A DNA stretch of 64,000 bases from Chiloscyllium plagiosum (taxonomy: Eukaryota), in contig NC_057719.1 of the NCBI RefSeq assembly GCF_004010195.1, positions 33,520,767 to 33,584,766 on the forward strand, given 5' to 3'. Position 1 is the stretch's first letter. Every line of letters starts with the position of its first letter. The translations under genes and the position numbers were made by a program. Under the pieces are notes generated by a model. That model ran no database searches and was not told the DNA's origin. It saw nothing but the letters and a program-made list of their open reading frames with translations. This document shows, piece by piece, positions 1-13,493 of the stretch.

Positions 1-604
1 AGTAGGAGTATATTTAAGAGGGAAATCAGGAGGGCAAAAAGGGGACATGAGATAGCATTGGCAAATATAATTAAGGAGAATCCAAAGGGTTTTTACAAAT
101 ATATAAAAGACAAAAGGGTAACTAGGGAAAGAATAGGGCCCCTCAAATATCAGCAAGGCGGCCTTTGTGTGGAGCCACAAAAAATGGGGGAGATACTAAA
201 TGAATATTTTGCATCAGTATTTACTGTGGAAAAGGATATGGAAGATATAGACTGTAGGGAAATAGATGGTGACATCTTGCAAAATGTCCAGATTACAGAG
301 GAGGAAGTGCTGGATGTCTTGAAACAGTTAAAGGTGGATAAATCCCCAGGACCTGATCAGGTGTACCTGAGAACTCTGTGGGAAGCTAGAGAAGTGATTG
401 CTGGGCCTCTTTCTGAGATATTTGTATCATTGATAGTCACAGGTGAGGTACCGGAAGACTGGAGGTTGGCAAACGTGGTGCCACTGTCTAAGAAAGATGG
501 TAAAGACAAGCCAGGGAACTATAGATCGTTGAGCCTGACCTCGGTGGTGGGCAAATGTTGGAGGGAATCCTGAGGGACAGGATGTACATGTATTTGGAAA
601 GACA
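1..604 (+). mobile_element. CR1-clade LINE (HER1-like) ORF2 fragment, cut by window start and 3'-truncated
   Basis: ORF 58-573 has KSPGPDQ and PEDWRLANVVPL..KK..KDKPGNYR motifs of the CR1 pre-RT region; closely similar to ~55090-55685 and to the reverse complement of ~28445-28950. Confidence 0.95.
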
Positions 605-712
605 AAAATACTTTCATTTTAATTAAAAGTAACTCTATGCAATTAATTTATTCAATACTCTTCATCACCTTAATTTAATATGAATTACGTGTGATATGTT
701 TTTGTTTCTCAC

Positions 713-898
713 ATTTCAAAATAGTGACCACCCACTGTGCATAAGTCTTATTTGGATCAACCAATGCAGACTTGTGATTCACCTGCAAGGCAGGAGGGAC
801 TTGAACCAGAAGACACTCAAAGGTCAAGTTATATGCTAACGTATTCTGGCCACTTCTCAATGCTGGTGACAGGGAACCTTTCTGCCAGAAAATAAAGC
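713..898 (-). CDS. Candidate internal coding exon (186 nt, phase 1-1) of an unrecognised gene
   Basis: Minus strand ttttatttttcatctgcag| ... aaat|gtgaga; open frame FIFWQKGSLSPALRSGQNTLAYNLTFECLLVQVPPALQVNHKSALVDPNKTYAQWVVTILK; non-repeat-looking sequence; no homology recognised. Confidence 0.35.
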
Positions 899-1514
899 CT
901 GCAGATGAAAAATAAAATATTCCAAGGATGAAAAGCAAAATAAATTAAAATTCTCAGATGAATCAAAGCAGAAAATTAAAATGCTTAGCAGTTGGTGCAG
1001 CTATGGTGTTAATCCTTGGATATATAAATATTGTAATTGAGGGTTGTGATAATTGCTAAATCAGAGATCAGCATTTAGAGGTCACTCCACAATTATATTG
1101 TATGCAATCTTTGACCAATCAAGGTTGAATATGGCAATGTAAAATGTGCAACTGTTGGTTAACCTTATCAATTGTTTTTGTTTTACAAGTAAACACATAC
1201 ATATCTACTAGATATATTTTACAAATGGTACTGTTGTTTTGGGAATGCATTTTACTAAAGTTAATTGGCATGTTGCCCTCCTATTGCCTATAATATTATA
1301 GGACTGGAGTTCATTGAGGAATGCCAGTAGATGTACCTCTTCAATACAAAACATGCAGTAACTGAGAAGCTGAATTCACTCATGTATGGCTCATTAAATA
1401 AGTATACTCAAACAAAAAGGGAAAGTGTTGCAAATACCCTTTAGGACTGGCAGCATCTGTGGGGAGATGGCCTTAACATTATAATATGAATGATTCTTGC
1501 TTGGACAAATCAGT

Positions 1515-2340
1515 CATGGAGTCATAAACTCAGCACAGAATCAAACCCTTCAGTTCAATTCATCCGTGCTGACCAAACATCGCTACCTGACCTAGTCCCT
1601 TTCGCCAGGGTTTGGTTCATATCCCTCTAAACCTTCCTTACTCATTCTGTCCAGGTTCCTTTTAATTTAAATTGAACCCGCCTCCACCAACTCCTCTGGT
1701 AGCTTGTTCCAAACACACACCACCTTCTGCATGAAAATGCTACTTCTCAGGTCTTTTTTAATCTTTCCCCTCTCACCTCAAACCTATGCCTTCTGGTTCT
1801 GGACTTCCCCACTCTAGGCAAAAGACCTTAGCTATTCACCCTATCCATGCCCCTTATGATTTTATAAACCTCCATAAGGTCACCCCTCAGCCTCTGTTGC
1901 TCCTGGGAGAAAGGCTCCAGTCTATTCAGACTCTCCCTATAACTCAAATCCTCTAGGTCTGGCAATACCTTTGTCATTTTTTTTCTGCACCCTCTCAAGT
2001 TTAACAATATCCTTCCTATAGAAGAGCAACCAGAATTGTATACAGTATACTAAAACTTGCCTCACCAATGTCCTTATAGCTGCAACATGACGTCCCAACC
2101 TCTATGCTAAACATTCTAACTAATGAAGACAAGCATGCCAAGTGCCTTCTTCACTACCCTGTCTACCTGTGACTCCACTTTCAAGGAACTATGCATCTGC
2201 ACTCCTAAATCTCTTTGTTCAGCAACACTCCCCAGGCCCTACTGTTAACTGTGTAATCCCTGCCCTGGTTTGCCTTACCAAAATGCAACACCTCACATTT
2301 ATCTAAATTAAACTCCATCTTCCACTCCTCAGCCCATTGG
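1515..2340 (-). mobile_element. CR1-clade LINE 3' portion
   Basis: Minus-strand translation QWAEEWKMEFNLDKCEVLHFG; same 3' tail as 56900-56983; lies between two halves of a degenerate PLE end (~1410-1500, ~2341-2450). Confidence 0.92.
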
Positions 2341-2829
2341 TCATTCTCAACTTGAAACATGAACTGTTCTTTTACAAATGTTGCTAGACCTGCTGAATAT
2401 TTCAACACTTACTGTTTTTATTACATCTTATTTCCAACACCTGCAGTACTTCTTTTTGAATTCAACAAAGCTGGAAGAAACATGTCCCTAATGTCATGGC
2501 ATTGATAGAGATTGCTCATTGATGTGATTTACTGGATGGATACCCTATATTGATTAGTGGATCTGAAATGTGACAAGAACCTACAATAAAAGCATGAACT
2601 AACTTACAATGTGTGATAAGGATGCTATGTTCTATAATGCAATTGGTCTCACGCAACACCAATACATAGTTGGAGAAAAACAATCTGGTAATGCTAGTCA
2701 CCACAACTACAAAATATATTAATTAACATATTTCTCTTGATTATCAATCCCATTTTATTCATGTAAATTTGTTATAAAACAATTGTCATCCTGTTAATGC
2801 AAGACACCAAGGCATGGCAGCAGGAGTTG

Positions 2830-3650
2830 CTCAAGGCTATGACCTGGGCCCAACCTTTCTCAGCTGTTTCATGAATGATGTTATCTCTTCATAATGTCAG
2901 AGTGGGATATTCACCGATTATTGCACAGATATCATCCCCTTTATCATTTCTCTTAGAATGAAGCAATCAACACCTTCAGGCATCAAGACCTGGATGACAC
3001 TGTTAAGTGGCAAATAGTATTTCCACCATACAAGTGCCAGAGAGAGATCATCTCATGTAAGAGACTATCTAACTCGTCACATTTACATTCAATGGCATTG
3101 CCATCACTGAATTCCACATCTCAGGGGTCACCATTGACCAGAAACTAAACTGGAACCAGGCATACAAATGCCGTGCTTACAACAGCAGGTTAGAAGCTGG
3201 GATTTCTTCAAGATTTCTCCCCAAGAGTGTCAGGAGTGTTATGCAATGTCTCCAACTTGTGTGGACAGGTGCAGCTCCAACATCACATGAGAAGTTCAAC
3301 AACATTTAACACTTCAATTCTTCCACCACTGAAACACCATAGCTGTAGTGTCCAACATCTACAATACGCATTGCAGAATCTCATCAAGGTTTCTTCAACA
3401 ATACCTTGCAAACCTACAACCTCTGCTGCCAGGAAAATACAGTGGCAAAAGATACATGGGAGAATCATCATCTGCAAGCTCAGGTTCAAGTGACACACCA
3501 TGCAGACTGGGAGCCATACTACAGTTTCTTCATTATGATTAGGTCAGAATCCTGGAATGTGAACCACAAAATGGAACCACTTTCTCAAAGGCAATTAGTG
3601 CCAGAAAACAAGTGCTAGCCTTACCACAACAGTAACATACTCTGAACAAT
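2830..3650 (+). mobile_element. Old LINE 3' fragment (second CR1/L2-group family)
   Basis: Degenerate RT C-terminal sequence (ggggtcaccattgaccagaaactaaactgg = GVTIDQKLNW); tail related to 9535-9990 and 37628-37855. Confidence 0.65.
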
Positions 3651-4197
3651 TAAAAATTAATTTTGGGTTGCCAAGGATAATGGTTATGAGTTACACTAAT
3701 TACCCTGCATTACTCCTATCAGGACATATGGACATTACCAAACTGGTATTCAGACATTGGCATTTCTGTGCAAGGCTATGAAACTTTTTCTTTAATAGGT
3801 TTGAACATTACTGCTTCTTGGATATAATCTTTTATTATGTGTTTGATACCACATTATGGGTGGAATTCTAGCAGTGATGTGGGCTATGGCAGAATTTGTG
3901 GCTGAATCAGATACAAAGTCTGACGAGACATATCATGACATTGAGAGAATCTCATTGCATCTTTTATTCATTTGCTGAGCAGCAAAGTGAGAGTTTCCAA
4001 TTAGGTTTCCAACTTTCCAATTAAAATTGCTAACAACTTGTTATCTCCACATTTCACCAAACTAATATTCAGCTTCCTATCTTAAGAAATGTGAGCAAAC
4101 TAGATACCAAGTGAGTCAGAAATGAGAGTAACTACTGATGACCCCAGGAGCATGCAGCAAGCTAAGGAATTCAATGTTGGACACCAAGTAACATCTA

Positions 4198-4754
4198 GGT
4201 AAAAACAAGGACTGCAGATGCTGGAAACCAGAGTCTAGATTAGAGTGGTTCTGGAAAAGCACAGCAGTTCAGGCAACATCCGAGGAGCAGGAAAATCGAC
4301 AGTTCGGGCAAAAGACCTTCATCAGGAACAGAGGCAGGGTGCCTGCAGAGTGGAGAGATAAATGAGAGGGGGGTGGGCGTGGGGAGAAAGTAGCATAGAG
4401 TACAATAGGTGAGTGGAGATTGGGATGAAGGCGATAGGTCAGAGAGGAGGGTGAAGTGGATGGGTAGAAAGGAAGATAGGCAGGTAGGACAGGTCATGCA
4501 AGTCTGTTTCAGGACATGGTTGAAGAGCTTCAGGGCAGAGGAGATGACCTGGGTGTTGCAGTGAGAGAGAGAGACTCTCAGATTCTTGTAGCGAGAGGAG
4601 GAGAACTTCTTCAAGGTAGGCATTCTTGCAAGAGGATTCACAGGAGGGTTAAAATCAACTAGGTAAAAACAAGGACTGCAGATGCTGGAAACCTGCTGCT
4701 GCTCCTCGGATGCTGCCTGACCTGTTATGCTTTTCCAGCACCATTATAATCTAG
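4198..4754 (-). mobile_element. Penelope-like element, internally deleted, with tandem and inverted terminal pieces
   Basis: Terminal sequence taggtaaaaacaaggactgcagatgctggaaacc at 4196 and again at 4660; short inverted piece ~4697-4754; flanking duplication accaagtaacatcta at 4183-4197 and 4755-4769. Confidence 0.85.
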
Positions 4755-5066
4755 ACCAAGTAACATCTACTCAGGGAACACTTCATGAGCACCAGCCAGT
4801 TGCACCACACATCCACACGTAGGGTATATGACATGTTCCAGCTTGTAACAACTCTCATAATATATTTCCAAACCACTTACAAGACCCTCTGCACTTCAGT
4901 ACTGCATCAGCAACTATCATTGTAATGGACATTTTGCACTAAGGGACACCCAGATAGTGGGTAAGATTATGCAGACAAGTGTAAAAATAGAAGTTAATGA
5001 GCTCTGATGGGTACAGTAGCAGAGACAGAATGAGTTAAAGATGGTGGCACCTACATTGGATGATTT

Positions 5067-5278
5067 GAGAGGGTTGATGTGCTCCTATAGTGCTGTGCAT
5101 TCCTCCACACAACAGAGTCAGCACTGACCTCGGTGGCAACTTCACTTTACATGAGGTTGCCACCTAGTGTCCAGCGTGGTGCTTCCCATTACTGGTCCTG
5201 GGCTAGGGTTTGGGAGGGATGAACATGGAGAGAAGAGGACATCCCCATCTACACAACCACATCCAGCAGGACCTCTAG
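5067..5278 (-). pseudogene. Myb/SANT-like DNA-binding ORF remnant of Harbinger type
   Basis: Minus-strand translation with frameshifts: LEVLLDVV..DVLFS ... EVATEVSADSVVWRNAQHYR../INPL; resembles Myb_DNA-bind_5/MSANTD helices. Confidence 0.6.
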
Positions 5279-6575
5279 CCTCCTGATGACAAAAGATTCT
5301 AATTTCTTCATGTAGCAGGGTTTCAGTTTCAGCTGCAGGGCAGCTTCAGATGGAGAATACTTGTCAGGTGAAAAATGAGCTTTTAAATATGGCATGGATC
5401 CACAGAATATCACTCTTTTGGTGGATATCCATTGAATACCAAGTTATCCTAGAATGACACGTGGCAAGCTGGGGTTAGAATTGGGACATGAGGGATACCA
5501 TTGCAGTGAGGTAAGAGGTTAATGTGCTTTCAGTATTTATTTCAGAGACTCACATTCCACTGACATCTACTGTGACCTTTGCAGAGTTTTCTAATTCCAC
5601 CTCCATTGTGGTATTTATGCTGAGTGATGCACAGCTCTGAGAGACTACTCAAGGTTGTTCCAGGGTCTTAGTACCCTTACACAATAAACTAAATTCAGAA
5701 GCACCTCTTCTTAGGTTACAAATTAAAACATTCTGACATGATTGAATAGTTTACTGTTCAATGTGTTCTGGCCATAATTCAGCAACCGTTTACATGAAGC
5801 CACAGTATTGAAACCAAATCCTTCAGAATCCATAATAGTCAATATATTTTCAGACATCTCCATTTTGCGGCTTCAGTTAACTAGTTTACATGTTTTTTAT
5901 TGATGGGATATGAAAACCATACTGAGTCAAAACTGCACCAAAAATGAGATTTTTAAAAAGGCACAAGTGAAGACCCTTTTAAAAAGGAAATTAAGGTTCA
6001 ACCTGCATTTGTGGGATTCAGACAGCTAAGAAAACTTCCTCATCTTTGCCACGTATTCTGTAACACAGCTTCAGCTCTATATATATGCACCCTGCTGCTT
6101 TATTTCTTGTGTTCATGTGATGTTTCAATGTTCAAATGTGGAGGGATCCTGTTGCTCCACAAACAGACAGGCATCATTCCTCCATACATCAGCAGAAATG
6201 GGAGAAGTCTCATTTCAGAAAAACATCGGGTTGATTATCTCAACATCAAAACAAACATGGAAGTGCCAAGAGCACGTTGTAACTCAGTAATCGAAATCCT
6301 TACTGCAAAGGGCATGTGGCAAATTAAGTCTATTTTTCCTTCAAAATGTGCAAATCGATATCATGTGCGACATGCTCTTTGGGGGTATAAATAGTTCTAA
6401 GAACGTTGAGTAAATGTCTCTTTGTATACAAGATGATAGGTGGTTGTAAAACAAATTTCCCATTCTACTTTTTTGCTAAGTTGGAAGTTATAGCACTTTA
6501 TTTTAGACCTCAAGAGTTTCACCCTCAACAAGGTTGATGTTTTACGTTTGCGAGACATTATAAATGATAATTCAC

Positions 6576-6701
6576 AGTGTGAATCCATCAATTGCTGTAC
6601 ACACTTTTCCTGATTAAATAACAGCACAGTGTCAAGGTGCACAGCTATGGAATGAACAGTATGTTTCACTTTGACAGGCACTTGCAGGTTTTCTTTCAGT
6701 C
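6576..6701 (-). CDS. Candidate internal coding exon (126 nt, phase 1-1), unrecognised product
   Basis: Acceptor gcttttccaaactcatgctcttgcag|, weak donor t|gtgaat; open frame GLKENLQVPVKVKHTVHSIAVHLDTVLLFNQEKCVQQLMDSH; phase compatible with 713-898. Confidence 0.2.
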
Positions 6702-7609
6702 CTGCAAGAGCATGAGTTTGGAAAAGCAAACAATGGACTTGCCTCCAACATTAGTTTAATCTTAAGATACGCAACATGCTTTAATGATAGCAGTTCTCAT
6801 AAGAAAATCAAGTTGCTATGTAATATGCAAAAGGAGCCAAATGGGCTTCATAGAAAGATACATTTAGACAAATTCAAAAGTATATTTTAAGACATGTCTT
6901 AAAATGAAAAGAACTGGGAGGGAATCCAGAGGGTAAGCCAGTGTCAGAGGAATGGAAAACTCTGGAAAGGAGTGGAATGTTAAACATTACTGGACTAGAG
7001 AACAGCAAGCCCATGAAGATGTTAACATCAGGATTTTAGATCAGCAGTGGGAGACTGGAACCAACGTAAGTCAGCAAGAATAAGATTAATAGGTAAACAG
7101 GACTTGGTTTAGAATAGGATACAGGCAGCAGACGTTTTGATCAGCTGAAATTTCCGTAAGGGAAGTAATCAGAAGGGTACTACACTTGTTCAATCAGGAG
7201 ATGCCAAAACAATGGGCAACAGTTTCAGCACTAAATGAGCTGAAGCATGGGACTGAGATGAAAACAGTGAAGTCTTTATCAGGGAGACTTCAAAATCTCA
7301 GCTCAGAGTTTCATAGAATACGGAGAAAAGTCTGTTTCAATTTGAGACAATGACAGGAAAGGGAACAGGTTCAGTGACAACAGGATAGTAGCAAACAAAG
7401 ATATCACAGGGTTTGTGTTGAAGACCACAAACCGAGATCTTGCCTTAGTGTTAACTAACTGGAGGAACTGTATCTCAGAGGACTAATTTGAACATTCAGT
7501 CTGAAAGCAGAGGCAAAGGCGATGACAGATGTCGATCATCAGCTATGTAGACAAGCTGACTCTACTCTTTCAGGTGAAGTCACCAAATGGACTGTATGTA
7601 GATTATAAA

Positions 7610-8270
7610 TTGCTGAAGGTTAGTATGCAGGTACAGCAAATGATCAGGAAAGCTAATATGATGTTATGATTTATTGTGAGGGGAATTGAATGCAAGAGTA
7701 GGGAGATTATACTTCAGTTGCATGGGGCACTGGTGACACTGCATATGGAGTACTGTGTACAGCATTGGTCACCCGTACTTGCGTAAAGACATTAATGCAT
7801 TGGATACAGTTTAGAGAAAATTTACTAGACTAATACCTGGAATGAGCAGATTGCCTTATGAGGAATGGCCAAAGGGATTTGGCATGTATCCTCTGAAGTT
7901 TAGAAGAGTCAGAGGTGACTTAAATGAAATATTAGGTCCTGAAGGAAGGGACTTGACCAGATGGATGTTGATTCCTCTTGAGGGAGATTTTAGAACTAGG
8001 TGATATAATTTCCAAATAAGGGGTTGCCCATTTAAGACAGATGAGAAAACATTTCTTTCCCATTGTTGAGAATCTTTGGAAACCCCCTCCTCAAAAGGCA
8101 GTGAATTCAGAATCTTTAAATTTTAAGGAGAGGGAGACAGATTCCTGTCTACACTGACTACTAAAACCCCAAGGAGGTTGAAAGATTAAATTGGGGATAT
8201 GCAAAGATGTTAAAATAGGATTGTCTATGATCTTACTGCATGAGGAGTTGGTTTGAAGGACCAAACAGCT
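7610..8270 (+). mobile_element. Old CR1 LINE 3' fragment
   Basis: Degenerate EYCVQHWSP (gagtactgtgtacagcattggtcaccc) and RGDL-type segments collinear with other CR1 3' ends. Confidence 0.8.
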
Positions 8271-8279
8271 GTTTAGCAA

Positions 8280-8425
8280 AGGAAACTGCCATCCTCACCT
8301 GATCTAGCAGACATGTGACTCCAGATCCACAGCATTGTGGTTAGTCTTAACTGCCCTCTGGGCAACTAGGGATGGGCAATAAATGTTGCATGGCCAGCAA
8401 TGCCCTCAACCTGTGAATGAGTAAA
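8280..8425 (+). mobile_element. 3' part of second SINE family (SacSINE1-like)
   Basis: Matches reverse complement of ~33398-33545; ends in gggatgggcaataaatg...tgaatga tail. Confidence 0.65.
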
Positions 8426-9534
8426 GAAGCTGACTCTTCCTATGTTTGGATTTTTGACAACAGAGGTGGAATGTATTTTGTAGAATTCAAAAAATATTAT
8501 CAGACAGCGAAAAGAATAAATTACATGAGTATTTTTTCCAATAATGGATATGTTAGGATAAGCCCAAACAATGCCCCTGAACTGGAAAAGAGACTGAAAC
8601 AAGGAGACAGCTAGAGTGGTCAGATGTGTTTGGGGCAGTAGTGAGGATGAGAAAAGTGTACCAAGGTCACAGAGAAAAAGGAAATACTTTAGGCCTTTGA
8701 TTTGGGCAAGTTAGAGAGATTTCATTACTCTGACTGGTGTTGAAATCTATGCAAAATCATTCAACCATGGAGTTCCAGGAAAAATTGACACAAATTTGGT
8801 TCATCTATCATATGAACTTTTATCTGGCATTATAGAGGTGTTCCAATTATTTGACATAATCCTGTGTGAGACTAGAATGAAATATGTATTTATCTTTCAC
8901 TCTGTCAATAGGCTGACTACTTTAAGCAGTTTCAGTAATTGCAAAGCATTAGCCTCTCCTAAATATAGCCACTTCAATTAAGGTTTGAAGAGGAGACTTC
9001 AGCAACAGAAGTTTAATCACATGCTTTATAAATTCAATTTAAATATACATCAAACTAATTTCCAAAGTAAAACACTAATTCAAAAGTCATGTTTCAAAAA
9101 TAATTCAGAGCATTCACAAAGATAACTTAGCAATCTAGATAGTGAGCAAATCTAAACTTAGTGGGTAAAAGGCATAACATTTGATATAATGACGTAGAAA
9201 GCTGTTCATTCTGCTAAGATCAGACACTGAGTTTTACAATATCTACCAGGCTTCATCTACCTTAATGGTTTTGGTAGATAAAGGTAGTAACTGATATTGA
9301 GTAAACACAGGCAAATTGAGTTGTGGTACCGATCAACTCATTGAATGGTAAAGCAGACTTGAAATCCTCAATCATGTTCTCCAAAATCTTATATCCTTAG
9401 AGTTATATGTTATTCTGTAAGGCAGGAAGAATTGTAAATGTATGGATCATAGTTAGGTTAGCTAACAGTTTTCATAGTTTAGTCTCTTTATCAACTTCAT
9501 ACCACGGAATCCTCATTAGCCGTTTTAAATACTT

Positions 9535-9990
9535 ATTCATTTATGGGATGTGAGTGTCACTTGCTAATCCATATTTATTGTTCACACCTAATTGCCCTGG
9601 AGAACATGGTAGTGAGCTGCCTTCTTGAACCATATGATGTAAATACATCCAGTACGCTGCAAGAGGAGGGGGGAGAGTTACAGGACTTTGACCCAATGAT
9701 AGTGAAGCAACGGCAATATTGTCCCAAGTCAGGATGATAGGAGCTTTGGACAGCAACTTACAAGTGGTCATCATCCCTAGTTCTTCTATGTAAAAGGGTT
9801 TTGGAATGGTTTGAAAGGTTGGAGATGCCTTTGAGACAGTTGTTGCAATACATTTTTAAAATATTGTTACTTAGTGTTCATGGTGGAAGGAGTGAATGGT
9901 GAAAGTTAGAAATGGGATGTCAATCATGCAGGTTGCTTTGTCCGATATAATATCAAGTTTTTTGAGTGTTGTTGGAGGTGGATTCAGACA
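9535..9990 (-). mobile_element. Old LINE 3' fragment (same family as 2830-3650)
   Basis: gggagttacaggactttgaccca...cccaagtcaggatg block shared with 37740-37850 and antisense to ~3500-3560. Confidence 0.7.
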
Positions 9991-10099
9991 CACTGGGTAG
10001 GAGGGCACTGTTCTGGTGTAAGGACCTTCAGTTCAACCATGCTGATTCCAGAATGCTGGTGAATCAAATAGCTAGAGCTGCAGACAAGGCTTTAAACAA

Positions 10100-11260
10100 A
10101 TGAACTGGGGGAAAGGGGAAATATAAGCAAGAGAACGTGGCAGCATCAGTTGGTCAACTATTTGGATAATGATATCCAGAATGGTCAGGAACGAACAGAG
10201 TAGGCAAACATAGAGAAAACACAGTAAATATGGACAAAAGGATAAAAATTGTGAAAAAAGCAACATTAACTGTTTATTTCAATGCACATTGTATTCTGAA
10301 CAAAATAGTCTGGTTTTGCACTGTTAATCCATCTGTGATCTCATAGCCATTACAGAGACATGGTTACAAGGAGATCAAAGTTGGGAACTAAATATTCAGT
10401 TGTAAGTAGCTTTTTGAAAGGACAGATAGGAAGGGAAAGGATCGTGGGGTAGCATTGTTGGTATGGAATGGAAGAAAAGGAGCAAGAAATGATTCTGGAT
10501 CAGAACATGTAGAATCCATATGGGAGGTGGTAGAAATAAAAGAAGGGCAAGAAGATACTGTTGGGAGTAATCTACAGATCCCCTAACAGTAGTTATATGG
10601 TGGGACAGAGAACACATCGGGAGATATTGAAAACATGTAACAAAGGCAATATACTCATCATAGATGACTTTAAATCTTCATGTAGATTGGGATAATCAGA
10701 TTGGCAGATAAAGCCATGAGGAAGAATTCAGATTATATCTAGAACAGTTCCCTTGGACAATATTTTGTGGATCCAGTCAGGAATCAGGCTATTTTTTTAT
10801 CTGGTGATCTGTAATGAGGAAGATTTATGAGATGATGTCAGTGTAAAAGATTGCCTGGATTTCCATTTAGCATTCAGTTTGAGACAAGGAACCTGGGTCA
10901 GAAACAACTGTGCTCAGCTTAAACAAAGGTTACAACTAAAGAGATGAGAGCTGAGCTGGCTGGAATGGCCTGGGAAAGAAGTTTCACAGCAAAGACAGCT
11001 GAGGAGCAATGTCAGATGTTTAATAAAATAGTTCATGGCTTACTGCAAAGATACATCCCAGTGAGGAAGGAAGATTCTAGAAAAAGGATAAGCCAACCAG
11101 TAAGATAAGAATTGCATCAAATTGAAAGTTTAAAAAATTCCAGTGTGCAAAGCATAGTCATAAGACAGAAGATTGGGAAAGTTTTAAAAACCAACGAAAG
11201 ATGACAAAACAAACCTGGGAGAAAAAATAAATGGGGTAAACTTGCAAATAATATTAAGTG
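10100..11260 (+). mobile_element. Decayed CR1 ORF2, AP-endonuclease region
   Basis: 10341-10398 translates LIAITETWLQGDQSWELNIQ; downstream LGVIYRSP and DDF remnants; many stops. Confidence 0.85.
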
Positions 11261-13162
11261 TTCAGGAAAGACTGAAGGGAAGAGGGGAAGGGGTGATGGG
11301 GCATTATTTGATAATGAATGTACGACTGTACTGGAGAGAGACAATGTCTCAGAGGGTTCAAGGACACAATCGATTTGGCTTGAGCACAGGGACAAAAATG
11401 TGAAACAGCATTGCTCAGAGCTGTTTACAGGCAACCAACTAGTATGAGGGTCAAATCTGCAAGGAAATTAGCGAAATGCAAATATTATGCCCATGTTGAA
11501 CAATCGATACAATGGTAAGCCCAATACAGTCCTGTTGTTTAACAACAGTGGTGGGGAAACTTCTAGAAACAATAATTCAGGTAGAATATATAATCATCTA
11601 GACAAATATGGGTACATTAAGGAGACCAGCATGGATTGTGTTTAAATATAAGTGTAGTTATATTGATGGATTTCAATTCTTCAGATGTAGACTGGAATAG
11701 TAGTAGTGTCAGATTAAAAGAACAGATGTTCCTCAATAGCATTCAAAAGAATTTCCGACAGTGTTAATTTGCCAGTCTCAGAAGAAAGGAGGCTCTCCTT
11801 GACTTGGTTCTTGAAAACAAGGTGGATTACATAGGTCAAGTGACAGTGGAGAACACTCATGGGTCAGGGATCATTGTATGTTTAAGATGATGGTGAGAAA
11901 GAACATTGAAACATCTGGCTAAGAACAATGGAACAGCCAGCCTCAGAACAATAATCTGGCCAAGAACAGAACTGGGGCAATTAGACTGGAGTTAAAGATT
12001 GATGGGATAAACAACAGCATACCTTCAAAGAAGGTATGGTTTGGTACAGCTAAGTCACATTTCCTCAAAATGGGAAAAGGTAAGCAAATCCCTAGATGGA
12101 TAATGATACAGGAATTAAAATATGAATGAAATATAGGTTTAAGATGGATGCCAGGTAGGAAATACACTTGAGAACTAAGTTGTATTCAAAAGTGAGCAAT
12201 GAGACTGAAAAAGCAAATAGATTTTATGAAATAGGATTAGCAGCTAACACGAAAGAGAATCAGAGTCCCAATGTCTTCTATTGGCACATGAATAGTAAAA
12301 GGAAGGTAAGAGGAGGAATGAGGCTGAATATGAACCAAAGGAAAAAAAAGAGGACTTACAAATGAGAGCAGATGATCTGGTTGCAATGTTGAATGAATGT
12401 TTTGTACCTGACCCTACCATGGAATCAGAAGTTACCTAGTCATGATTATAAAATTTATTTCAAAATGTATATGATAGTGGTATTGGATTAGCTGTCTCTA
12501 CTTTAAGTTCACAAGGCACCAGGACCTGATAAGACACATTGAAGAATACTGAAGAAAGCGAGTGTCGAAATAATGGAATTGCTGGCCATGATTTTTCTGG
12601 GTTTTTTTAGACTCAGAGTGGTGCCAGAGGATTAAGAAGTTTCAAATATTACATCCTCGTTAAAAAAAAAGCAAGGATAAGCCCAATAGTTACAGTCCAG
12701 TGAGTTTAACTTCAATTATGAGGAAACTTCTAGAAACAATCATTCAGGATAAAATTAATAATCACATGGACAAATTAGGATGAATTAAGGAAAGTCAGCT
12801 TTGATTTCTTCATGGAATGTATTGTTTAACCAAATTGCTGGAGGTTTCTCTTTGAAGATTTAAATGGCGAAATTTGTTGATGGCAATGCTGTTGATGTAG
12901 TGTACATGGACTTCAAAAGGAATTTGATGAATGGCCACACATCAGGCTTATGGAGTCATTGAGTCATATAGCACGGAAACAGGCCCTTCAGTCCAACTCG
13001 TCAATCTCAACTAGTTTCCCAAATTAAAGAAGTCCCATTTGACTGAATTTGGCTCATATCCCTCTAAATCTTTCCTATTCATGTACCTGTCCAAATGTTT
13101 TTGAAATGTTGTAACTGTACTGGCATTTACCATATCCTCAGGCAGTTCATTCCATATATACA

Positions 13163-13493
13163 CAAGTGATTGCAACAGGGTCAGGCAGCTGAACTTCATA
13201 GAATATGGGTTCCCCATTGGGCTTTTGCCCAAAACGTCGATTTTACTGCTCCTCGGATACTGCCTGAACTGCTGTGCTTTTCCAGCACCATTCTAATCTA
13301 GACTCTGGTTTCCAGCATCTGTAGATATTGTTTTTACCTACGGGGTTGTTAATCCTGTCCAATCAGATCAAAGTGTCAGAGATACTGCCACTCAGAGCTG
13401 ACTCTGAAGAGGCAGTACTAAAGTCAAGGGTCGTTCATGCGTAAGTTAAAAGGTAACTTGGTGGTGGGATACCAGCTTCTGTGAAATTATTTC
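13163..13493 (-). mobile_element. Possible solo LTR (tgaaataatttcacagaagctggtatccc...gttgcaatcact) split by a PLE end
   Basis: Discrete non-CR1 insert in a CR1 3' end, beginning TG on the minus strand; LTR assignment rests on recalled resemblance to a shark repeat, unverified. Confidence 0.4.
13222..13340 (+). mobile_element. Penelope-like terminal fragment
   Basis: Reverse complement of 4196-4318; begins inside the hammerhead stem II (gggcttttgccc). Confidence 0.85.

Larger units (their letters stand above)
3858..5603 (-). mobile_element. Probable decayed PIF/Harbinger element containing a Myb/SANT-like ORF remnant
   Basis: Imperfect terminal inverted pair gggtggaatt (3858) / aattccacct (5593); internal Myb-like peptide at 5067-5278; interrupted by a PLE at 4198-4754. 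Confidence 0.45.
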
